From a virus: a stretch of DNA of 64,000 nt. How positions within the stretch are numbered: the stretch's first letter is position 1; every line of letters begins with the position of its first letter. The stretch spans positions 1 through 64,000 of IMG/VR virus record IMGVR_UViG_3300034105_004543; one strand, 5' to 3'. A program made the translations under genes and the position numbers. The notes beneath the pieces were generated by a model. The model saw only the letters and a program-made list of their open reading frames with translations. It searched no databases and was not told the DNA's origin. This document shows, in pieces, positions 30,404-38,831 of the stretch.

Positions 30404-30940
30404 ATGAAAAATGAAACTGATAAAGTCATTGATAAGGTTCTTTCCGGGATGGATTGGGATGTTATATTTGAGGTTAATAACTGTTTTAAACACGGAATTG
30501 GCGACGGAGTATCAGTTATTCCTGGTGTTAAAAGAAAATCTTTTGCTGATGGTGTAACTAAAAATGATTTAAGGAATGAACTAAAAAGTCTTCTTAAATA
30601 TGTAATAGTAAACAATATCGCTGAATTAGTATACGGGTATTGGATGATATTTTGGAATAATCCAATCTGGACTGAAGAATATCTGGATGAGATTAGAGAT
30701 GAAATGAGTGCAGATGGTGAGGACTTAATGGGTGATATCATTTTAGATCCGACACTGGAAGTGATATATTCGCCTCAGAGAATGTATATTATTGCTAATA
30801 ATATAAAAGCACAAACAGAGGTCGAAAATACAGATTCGCATGCTCTTGATAAGATGCTAAATAAGGCTCTTGATGATGAAAAATTTGAGCTTGCCGCTAA
30901 GATAAGAGACGTTATCAATCTACAAAAAGATCAGAAGTAA
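30404..30940 (+). CDS. Hypothetical protein with C-terminal UVR (UvrB/C) motif
   Basis: LNKALDDEKFELAAKIRDVI. Confidence 0.7.
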   Translation: MKNETDKVIDKVLSGMDWDVIFEVNNCFKHGIGDGVSVIPGVKRKSFADGVTKNDLRNELKSLLKYVIVNNIAELVYGYWMIFWNNPIWTEEYLDEIRDEMSADGEDLMGDIILDPTLEVIYSPQRMYIIANNIKAQTEVENTDSHALDKMLNKALDDEKFELAAKIRDVINLQKDQK

Positions 30941-30955
30941 AATAATAATTTTTGA

Positions 30956-31435
30956 ATGAAACATATTAAGCGTATAAACGAATATCTTGATGGAGGGGTA
31001 TTTGGAGATACCTACGGTTTAGGTAGTGGAAATGGTGTTATGAAGGTTAGCTATAAACCATTTAGTGATCTCTCTGTATCTGTTGGTCCGGACCCCAATA
31101 TTGACAGAACCGTTAAGGGATCGGAATTCCAGATAGGTGATGTAGTTGAATCCCAACCAATAGATTCAAAGAAAAAGGTAATTGGAGTTATAGTTAGATG
31201 TTTCAGAAACCCCGATAATCAGCAATACAGATATTTTATACAATCCTTCATCGGAGAAAAGAAAAATAAAAAAGTTATAGAAATAAAATCTGATTGTATA
31301 AAATTTGCAGAAGGTGGGGATCACGGAAATATGGAAACTATATCCAAAAGTAAAGCAAGTGAACTCCCTGGATCTGTATATAACTCCAAAACTGTTTATA
31401 GCTCCAGTGAATTGGGACAGGAAAACAACGTTTAA
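30956..31435 (+). CDS. Hypothetical protein with SH3/KOW-like domain and MKHIKRINE leader
   Basis: FQIGDVV..GVIV..YFIQ; N-terminal motif shared with other late proteins. Confidence 0.55.
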   Translation: MKHIKRINEYLDGGVFGDTYGLGSGNGVMKVSYKPFSDLSVSVGPDPNIDRTVKGSEFQIGDVVESQPIDSKKKVIGVIVRCFRNPDNQQYRYFIQSFIGEKKNKKVIEIKSDCIKFAEGGDHGNMETISKSKASELPGSVYNSKTVYSSSELGQENNV

Positions 31436-31481
31436 GAGAAACCAATTCCATTATCTATAGTACAAATAAGAAACCCTATAG

Positions 31482-32387
31482 ATGATATTCGGACACAATC
31501 AAACAAATATATCATATCTTGGTATTCCTAAGAATCCAATAGCAATAGATAGGAGAATATGCTCATATGAGGATATTCTCGATCTTATTTTAGCACTATG
31601 CATAGTAAATTCTAATATATCATCTCGAACTGTTTGTTTAAATCTCGGTGAGCTTGATATCACCAATGAGTTTTTAAACACTGATTATATAGAAGAAGAA
31701 AACCCCTCCGTATCAGGTAGAATAAATGAGATAAATTCTATTATTAATAAAAATTCGATGAGAGTTGTAATTTTTATGGGTAAGGATTATTTTTTGGGAA
31801 GCCAGCTTGGTGAGATCAGAATAAAAACAATCAAGTTACTGGATAAACTTTCCGGAGTTTTAGAGGTTATAGGCATGAATGGTCCTTCCCTGATTATAAG
31901 AATAGGATCAGCTTATGGTAATAGGAAGAAAACAATGAAAGAATTCTGTTCCATGGTAAATAATCTCAAAAAACCGACAATACAAAGATTAACAGTTATG
32001 AATGACGAGAAACCAAGTCTTTTCTCTATAACTGATTTATTATCTGGTGTATATTACGAAACTGGTATTCCGTTATGTTTTAGAATTTTACCGCATCAAT
32101 TTAATGACGGTGGATTATCAATAAGGGAAGCAATGTTTCTTGCAGCTTCGACCTGGAAGGTAAACACAAAACCTTTCTTTTTTCATTCAGAAGCATCTGA
32201 AATAGACATAAATGGTAAACCATTATCACCCAATTGTTCGGATTCACTTACTATGAGGATACCAACTTTCGGTCTTGATGTGGATATTATAATAGATTCT
32301 CCAAACAGGGAACTTTGTTATCTTGAATATCTTAAAACACATAAAGGTCTTCCGCCGACAGTTATTAATAAAATTTCAAAGAAATAA
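31482..32387 (+). CDS. UV-damage endonuclease (UvsE/UVDE)-like protein, apparently degenerate
   Basis: IGSAYGNRKKTMKEF, RLTVMNDEKPSLFS, HQFNDGGLS..AASTW..P..HSE follow UVDE architecture. Confidence 0.7.
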   Translation: MIFGHNQTNISYLGIPKNPIAIDRRICSYEDILDLILALCIVNSNISSRTVCLNLGELDITNEFLNTDYIEEENPSVSGRINEINSIINKNSMRVVIFMGKDYFLGSQLGEIRIKTIKLLDKLSGVLEVIGMNGPSLIIRIGSAYGNRKKTMKEFCSMVNNLKKPTIQRLTVMNDEKPSLFSITDLLSGVYYETGIPLCFRILPHQFNDGGLSIREAMFLAASTWKVNTKPFFFHSEASEIDINGKPLSPNCSDSLTMRIPTFGLDVDIIIDSPNRELCYLEYLKTHKGLPPTVINKISKK

Positions 32388-32435
32388 TTTTTTATCCCCG
32401 CAATATTTGATTATATTTGTAAGAAAATTATAATT

Positions 32436-33134
32436 ATGTTCAAATTAGAAACAATAGAAAAATTTCTTTATTTTGATGTAGAGACAGTTTGTTCGGAAAA
32501 AGATCTATCTACACTACGAATAAAAAATCCAAGACTTGCTGATCTTTGGAAAAGGAGAGCTATTTATTATCGTGGGGTAAATCCAGAAATGTCCCACTTA
32601 AGTGATGATGATGTTTATTTAGCTAAGGCATCACTTGAACCTGAATTCGCCAAAATAGTTTGTGTTTCTTTTGGATCATTTAGTGACGGCGAGAAAGTTT
32701 TTAAATCTTTTTATGGAGTCGATGAGCTTGATATACTTCAGAAAAGTAATAAAGTTTTCAATAATGCGATGGGAAAAAATTGGAAATTATGTGGACATAA
32801 TATAAAGGGATTCGATGTGCCATGTCTGGGTAAGAGGATGGTATATAATGGAATAAATCCGTCAGTTAATCTACAGGTCTGGGACAAGAAGCCATGGGAG
32901 ATACCATATATTGATACTTCGGACATTTTTGCTTTTGGTAGCTGGACACAGCAGAAGTATTTAAGCTTGGATCTTCTTTCTTGCTCACTCGGTGTCAAAT
33001 CACCCAAAGAAAATATGGATGGTTCTAAAGTTAATGAATACTTTTGGATTAATGAGGCATATGAAGAAATAAAGGAATACTGTGAGATTGATGTTAGAAC
33101 TGTGATGGACGTCTTGGAAAAAGTCTGCTTCTAG
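32436..33134 (+). CDS. PolB-type 3'-5' exonuclease (DEDDy)
   Basis: FDVETV, GHNIKGFDVP, IDT, YCEIDV. Confidence 0.9.
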   Translation: MFKLETIEKFLYFDVETVCSEKDLSTLRIKNPRLADLWKRRAIYYRGVNPEMSHLSDDDVYLAKASLEPEFAKIVCVSFGSFSDGEKVFKSFYGVDELDILQKSNKVFNNAMGKNWKLCGHNIKGFDVPCLGKRMVYNGINPSVNLQVWDKKPWEIPYIDTSDIFAFGSWTQQKYLSLDLLSCSLGVKSPKENMDGSKVNEYFWINEAYEEIKEYCEIDVRTVMDVLEKVCF

Positions 33135-33153
33135 AAATACCGACAAATACATT

Positions 33154-33191
33154 AAAGCTTTCCCTAGATATATAGAGGAAAGCTTTTTTTT
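33154..33191 (+). terminator. Terminator hairpin with GATATATA promoter motif in its loop
   Basis: AAAGCTTTCC-ctaGATATATAga-GGAAAGCTTT followed by a T-tract. Confidence 0.75.
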
Positions 33192-34007
33192 GTGGATAGA
33201 GTATTAAATTTTAATTTATTTATAGAAAATGATAATAGCAGAATCTTCGAAAAGGAGGTAAGTGCATTTTATCATGATGAACTAAATCCTATTTTCTGGA
33301 AAAAGAAAAAGGATAAGAATGGAAATGTCGAATGGGTATTCGATCAGCGTGTTAGAAGAAAGCTTTTAAGAATCGCTAATGATTTCTATGAAAAATTCCC
33401 AGAACTTCTAAAGGGAAGGGTAATAAAGGATATCCAATTGACTGGATCGCTTTCAAATTACAACTACACAAATTTCTCGGATCTCGACGTGCATGTTCTA
33501 GTAAATCTGGATGGCATAGATGACGATAATCCAAATATTCTTAAAGCTGCTATAGACGGTATAAGATTCATATGGAATCTTAGACATGATATCTCAATCC
33601 GTGGATATGATACTGAATTATATTTACAAAGGGAGGACGAACCCCATGATTCAACCGGATTATTTTCGTTGCTTGATAATGAATGGGTAAAAAAACCTGT
33701 TTATAATCCTCCATTGATAGACGAGATGGACGTTTCTAAAAAATATGATTCAATTTCATCGGATATAGATAAATTAAGTGTCAAATTAAACAATCTTTCC
33801 GATCTACCAAGTAATGCCAAAGCTTTATACAAAAGGTGTCTTAAACTTAAAGATAAGATACAAAAAATGAGAAAAGAGGGTCTCTCCAGTGAGGGAGAGA
33901 TGTCAATCGGTAATCTTGTATTTAAAAAGCTAAGAAATGATGGATATATAGAAAAATTAATAGATACCATATCTAAATCATACGATAAAATTTACACAGA
34001 AAAATAA
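33192..34007 (+). CDS. Pol-beta superfamily nucleotidyltransferase
   Basis: LTGSLSNYNY..SDLDVHV and a third carboxylate in DTELY; GTG start. Confidence 0.85.
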   Translation: MDRVLNFNLFIENDNSRIFEKEVSAFYHDELNPIFWKKKKDKNGNVEWVFDQRVRRKLLRIANDFYEKFPELLKGRVIKDIQLTGSLSNYNYTNFSDLDVHVLVNLDGIDDDNPNILKAAIDGIRFIWNLRHDISIRGYDTELYLQREDEPHDSTGLFSLLDNEWVKKPVYNPPLIDEMDVSKKYDSISSDIDKLSVKLNNLSDLPSNAKALYKRCLKLKDKIQKMRKEGLSSEGEMSIGNLVFKKLRNDGYIEKLIDTISKSYDKIYTEK

Positions 34008-34015
34008 ATTAAATT

Positions 34016-36790
34016 ATGAACATACTCTTACCTAAAACGGGGAAATATAATATCGGTGATGACTTTCCGCTGATAAGCATACCCACTGATATATCCGAAA
34101 TGAATCCAGTGGAAAAAACATTTGATGATTTTCAGTGGTGGGCGGAGTCCAGCGAGTTTAAAAAATGGATGGATAAGAATAAAAGACAATGGGTAGCTGA
34201 TTCTGAGGACATGACGAAATATGCTGATAGCCTAAGTGATCTTATAAGAGAACACATTGGATCATATGCTTTCGATAATGAAATAAACGAATCTGATGTT
34301 TTATCTTTCGATGAATATGATACAATTAATGAGGCGGGGGAACCTTTATCGGATGAAGCTAAAGTCGGTATAAAATTTCATTATGCTTATAATAAACTTA
34401 AAGCCGATGGTAAATTAAAATCCATTTCGTCTGTTGAAGCTGATTTACCTGCCGGAGCGGAAAAAGCTGTTTTTCTTGTTATGGAAGATCCTGATACAAA
34501 AAAGAGCATCGACGAGACACTAAAAGCTTATAAGATGATTGGTCTACCTGGAGCTTCGGAATCTAAGATAAAAATAGTATCAGTAAAGGAAACATTACCA
34601 GGTGGACCATTGGATCCAGATACGACAACGTCCACCTTAATTCAGGGTGTATTAAAAAGTGCTGGTGAGTATGCAGCTATCGGAGTTGGCGTAGGTGTAA
34701 CCTGGGCAATATTGAGAAAGGTTGGTTATACCGTTGCTGGTGTTTCTGCATTAAAGGCATTAAGGGGTCTTGCTCCTGTTGCTAAGGCTGGAACGGAAGT
34801 TGCGAAAACAAGTGGGACATTAGCAAAAAGCGCAGCATTTCTTAAGAAAATATCTTCTGGTGGAATAAACAAAGTTAAAGTTCTAGGAAACGGATTATTT
34901 AACCTTGTTAAATTTAAAAATAGTGCAGTTGTTGGTAAATCCATAGTAAGAGGGATAAGGGGAGCAAGTAAAGCTGCTGTATTAGGTAAATCCTCAATAC
35001 CTGGAATAATGACAGCATTCAAAACTGGATTAAAGAGAGGCGTTACAAAAGGTGGTGCTAGGTTAATTCCTTTTGTTGGTGAGGTTCTTTTAGCTGTTGA
35101 TGCAATTGGATCAACCTGGAATTGGTTCAGTGATAATCAAGCTCCTAAATGGACTGAAATAGAGGATACGATAGCTCCTGGTAAAGGGGGTAGGGAATTC
35201 AATCCTGGAAAAATAAAAGATGGTACTGCAATAACAATATGTTGGAAACAACCAGCTGGTACTGGGCTTGGTATAGCTACAAGTTTTCTTTATAGTAATG
35301 ACACAAGAACAACCGCTGAATTATTTAAAATAGGCAAATCTAAGGATGGCGGTTCATCGATATTTATTTTAACATCGGTAAATTCTAAAGAATACCAACA
35401 AGCACTTTTAAACTATGCTGCAGTTATAGTTGAAATAAAGGATAAAGATATAAATGCTCAAGGTGGTCTTAATCAGCTGGTAAGATTGGTTGATAATGAA
35501 GATATGGATGTTAAGGTAGCTTATCTGGATAAGCCAGAGGATATGGCTTCCAATTTTAATTTTAAAGGTATATGTGATTGGTCAACTGCCCAAGAATATT
35601 ATGATGCTGCATCGGATCAATATTTAATATCAGATAATGATGCACCAGAGTCCTATGAATATTATTATAAGACAAGTAAGAATGACTATGTGAATGTTTC
35701 TGGTAATCTACTTACCAACGAGGAAATAGGTTCTAAAAGCGATTCTGATATCCAGGATATGTTTGCAAATGCTGATACTAAAATAAACAATACAAAACCC
35801 GAACCGAAGGAAGAAAAACGTAAACCCTTGCCTGGCGACGGAGGTCCTGCTAAGAAAGAGGATGCTAAATTCAAGGAGAAAGAACAAGAAGGTGGTACGA
35901 GTGATACACAGATAGCAGATTCCGAAAACAATAGAGAACTTTGGTTAACACCAATGGTCAACGAATCTGCAAAAACTGGTATGGTTATAAGAAAATTTGC
36001 TGAATTTGAGGATGTGCTGGAGTATGTTGTCACTTCAGGAAAATATCCTGAATATTCAAGTTTGAATGAGAAAACATCCAATGATGATAATCTAGTGCTA
36101 GATGCAGAACAGGCATCAGAGCCAGCTAAGATTGCTGTTTATGCGGTGAGTGATATTGTATATGCAGATCCTGCCGATAGACAATATACTGTGGCAGCAT
36201 TCAAATATTTTATGATAGATCCTGTTGACTTTGACGCACCTGTAGATTCACTAATTGGTGTCGGTATAAATACCAACGAAACAATGGTTGACCCAAGGAG
36301 AGGTGTCTATGAATTTAAGGAGAAAAAGGAAAGGGAGGAGAAGGAGGAAAGAAAACCATCACCGGAAGAAAATCCAGAGCAAGATGATAGCGGATCTAGT
36401 AATACACCAGATTCGAATGATGATAATGACGATGAAAATGAACCAAACAAAGACGATTACTTCATCACTGCAGATCCCGATGATATTAGCATCAAGAACA
36501 GAAAGAATGCAACGGTGATAAGAGATAAAAACTTTAAAGGCGGAATAAACATCGTGGATGAATTCCTTACTGATAAGGAAAAAGAAATTCTAGGTATACC
36601 AACATGGAAAGCAGTAACGTTAGCTAAATCTTTCTTGAATGGACAAGGTGAAGTTATAAAGGTTAAGCTTAAAAATAGATATGCACCAATGTTTAATAAA
36701 GCTAAAACCTATGAAGTTCAGGACGGTGAGGCATTCCAAATTGCTAAAAAATTCGCTGCAGAAGTGGAAGATAGAATAAAATTTCAATAA
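34016..36790 (+). CDS. Large hypothetical protein with Gly/Ala-rich hydrophobic helices (possible ejected protein)
   Basis: AAIGVGVGVTWAIL and LIPFVGEVLLAVDAIG segments; several INE/VNE/LNE motifs. Confidence 0.55.
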   Translation: MNILLPKTGKYNIGDDFPLISIPTDISEMNPVEKTFDDFQWWAESSEFKKWMDKNKRQWVADSEDMTKYADSLSDLIREHIGSYAFDNEINESDVLSFDEYDTINEAGEPLSDEAKVGIKFHYAYNKLKADGKLKSISSVEADLPAGAEKAVFLVMEDPDTKKSIDETLKAYKMIGLPGASESKIKIVSVKETLPGGPLDPDTTTSTLIQGVLKSAGEYAAIGVGVGVTWAILRKVGYTVAGVSALKALRGLAPVAKAGTEVAKTSGTLAKSAAFLKKISSGGINKVKVLGNGLFNLVKFKNSAVVGKSIVRGIRGASKAAVLGKSSIPGIMTAFKTGLKRGVTKGGARLIPFVGEVLLAVDAIGSTWNWFSDNQAPKWTEIEDTIAPGKGGREFNPGKIKDGTAITICWKQPAGTGLGIATSFLYSNDTRTTAELFKIGKSKDGGSSIFILTSVNSKEYQQALLNYAAVIVEIKDKDINAQGGLNQLVRLVDNEDMDVKVAYLDKPEDMASNFNFKGICDWSTAQEYYDAASDQYLISDNDAPESYEYYYKTSKNDYVNVSGNLLTNEEIGSKSDSDIQDMFANADTKINNTKPEPKEEKRKPLPGDGGPAKKEDAKFKEKEQEGGTSDTQIADSENNRELWLTPMVNESAKTGMVIRKFAEFEDVLEYVVTSGKYPEYSSLNEKTSNDDNLVLDAEQASEPAKIAVYAVSDIVYADPADRQYTVAAFKYFMIDPVDFDAPVDSLIGVGINTNETMVDPRRGVYEFKEKKEREEKEERKPSPEENPEQDDSGSSNTPDSNDDNDDENEPNKDDYFITADPDDISIKNRKNATVIRDKNFKGGINIVDEFLTDKEKEILGIPTWKAVTLAKSFLNGQGEVIKVKLKNRYAPMFNKAKTYEVQDGEAFQIAKKFAAEVEDRIKFQ

Positions 36791-36849
36791 TTCACTAGAA
36801 AGTCGAAAAAATATGGATATATCCGTTGATATATAAGTAACATAAAAAT

Positions 36850-38814
36850 ATGTATAAAATGCCAACAACTAAAAATTTAAACGAAGAATTGGTTTTCATC
36901 CTTGAGAGACAATCATCAGTACTTGAATCTTCAAAGACTGATAATGATGATTATGTACTAGAAGGTACTGCTGCTGTTTTCGGTAAAGAGAATAACAACA
37001 ATAGAATCTACGAAGAAGCTGAATATCTTCCGCACCTAAACTATCTTAATGAGAAAATAGCTCAAAGAAGACTAGTTGGTGAATTAGATCATCCTGAAAA
37101 GTTTGATGTTTCTCTTAAGAACATTTCTCATATAATTGAAAAACTTGATCACGACAAGACTGGAAGGGAAATTAAGATCAAAGTTAGACTTTTAGATACC
37201 CCTATGGGACAGATAGCTAAAAATCTTGTTGATGCTGGTGTTCCTTTGTCAATCTCTTCTAGAGCAGCTGGTTCCGTTGGTAACGATAAAAAAGTACAGA
37301 TTAAAAAAATATTCACATACGATCTAGTTGCTGATCCTGGATTTCAGGACGCACAGCTAGAAAGAGTATACGAAAGCGCTGGATATCACCTTAATGATTT
37401 CTTCGAAATGAGAAATAAAAGTGTTACTAACGATCTTCTTTGTGTAAATGAATCATTAGGTCTAAAAAATGATTCTGACACTAAGATATATAAAGTTGAA
37501 AATAACGAAGAATTTAATAATCTCGTATCAAAATCAGATAAAAATAAGACGATCCTCATGGAGAATAATGAATTTGTGACTGCAGAAGAATTAAACCAAT
37601 ATTCTGTTTTCTTAAAAAAGGAAATGGAATCAATGAATTCTAAAATTGCAGAAATTAAAGAGCAAAAGCAAGTATTAGTTGAATCTAGTGTTGAAGATAA
37701 AAATTCAAACCTTGAAGAAAGAGTTGCTAAATTAGAAAAATATTCTGAGTATTTAGCTGAGAATTTAGATAATGCTATTAAGTATGGTGAATACCTTGCT
37801 GAAAACTTAGACGAAAGTATAAGCTATAGTAAATATCTTGCTGAAAACTTAGATAAGAATATTTCTTACTCTAAATATCTAGCTGAAAATGTTGACAAAT
37901 CAATTTCTTACACTGAGTATGTTGCAGAGTCAACAGATAAAGGAATAGAATATACAAAATACCTTGCTGAGAAATTAGATCAGAATATTCAATATTCTGA
38001 ATATATAGCGGAAAACCTTGATAAAGGTATTTCTTACTCTGAGTATCTTGGTGAAAACTTAGATAAAGGTATAGCCTACTCTGAGTACTTAGCAGAAAAA
38101 TTAAATGATGGTATTGAGTATACTGAATACCTTGCAGAAAATCTTAACAAGAATATTCAGTATTCTGATTACTTAGCAGAAAATGTTAATAAAGGTTTAG
38201 ATTATTCTGATTACCTAGGAGAAAAATTAAAAAAATCAATTTCTTATACTGAATACATAGCTGAAACTGTTAATACAACTAGATACAAAGCTAATGACAC
38301 ATTAAGGGAAAGCGTAGATCTTTCTGCTTCCGCAGGATTAAACGAATCCGGATTTGCTGGAGACTATACAGATCTTACAACAAGAATAGATAGTTTGATA
38401 GAATCAGTTAAAACACAAAAAACTGAATCAAATATAAACGAAGCTTCTAAGTCAATGAAGCAAACAGCCAACACACAAAAGGCAGACGAAGTTCTTAACG
38501 AAAATGAGAACAAAAACAAAACAGGTCTTAATTTTATTGACACAATGCCTGAAGAATACACACAAGTTTGGGAATCACTTACTGAAGGACACAAGCAATC
38601 AATTATTGCTCAAAGTAACTTCTATAGATTAGATACACCTTACCAAGTGAAAAACTTCTGGTCAACACGTCAATTAGGAGCTGCTACTGTTGGAGTTCAA
38701 AAATTAGATGAGAGCGAGAATATTGCAATGCCTAATACACAAGCAAATGGTTATTCTAACGAATATATGAATGCTATTGCTTCTGCATTAGAGAAAAAAT
38801 TTCAAACAAGATAA
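36850..38814 (+). CDS. Prohead protease (gp21-like) fused to a scaffolding/core domain
   Basis: LEG..ENNNNRIY, GELDHP, SHII, LDTPMG, ISSRAAGS, YDLVADPGF; then a 14-aa repeat coiled coil. The start may be 36859. Confidence 0.92.
   Translation: MYKMPTTKNLNEELVFILERQSSVLESSKTDNDDYVLEGTAAVFGKENNNNRIYEEAEYLPHLNYLNEKIAQRRLVGELDHPEKFDVSLKNISHIIEKLDHDKTGREIKIKVRLLDTPMGQIAKNLVDAGVPLSISSRAAGSVGNDKKVQIKKIFTYDLVADPGFQDAQLERVYESAGYHLNDFFEMRNKSVTNDLLCVNESLGLKNDSDTKIYKVENNEEFNNLVSKSDKNKTILMENNEFVTAEELNQYSVFLKKEMESMNSKIAEIKEQKQVLVESSVEDKNSNLEERVAKLEKYSEYLAENLDNAIKYGEYLAENLDESISYSKYLAENLDKNISYSKYLAENVDKSISYTEYVAESTDKGIEYTKYLAEKLDQNIQYSEYIAENLDKGISYSEYLGENLDKGIAYSEYLAEKLNDGIEYTEYLAENLNKNIQYSDYLAENVNKGLDYSDYLGEKLKKSISYTEYIAETVNTTRYKANDTLRESVDLSASAGLNESGFAGDYTDLTTRIDSLIESVKTQKTESNINEASKSMKQTANTQKADEVLNENENKNKTGLNFIDTMPEEYTQVWESLTEGHKQSIIAQSNFYRLDTPYQVKNFWSTRQLGAATVGVQKLDESENIAMPNTQANGYSNEYMNAIASALEKKFQTR
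37735..38275 (+). repeat. Coding 42-nt (14-aa) tandem repeat, about 13 copies of I-x-Y-S/T-E-Y-L-A-E-N-L-D-K-G
   Basis: Directly visible in the translation. Confidence 0.95.
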
Positions 38815-38831
38815 AAAAAAGTAAATAAATC

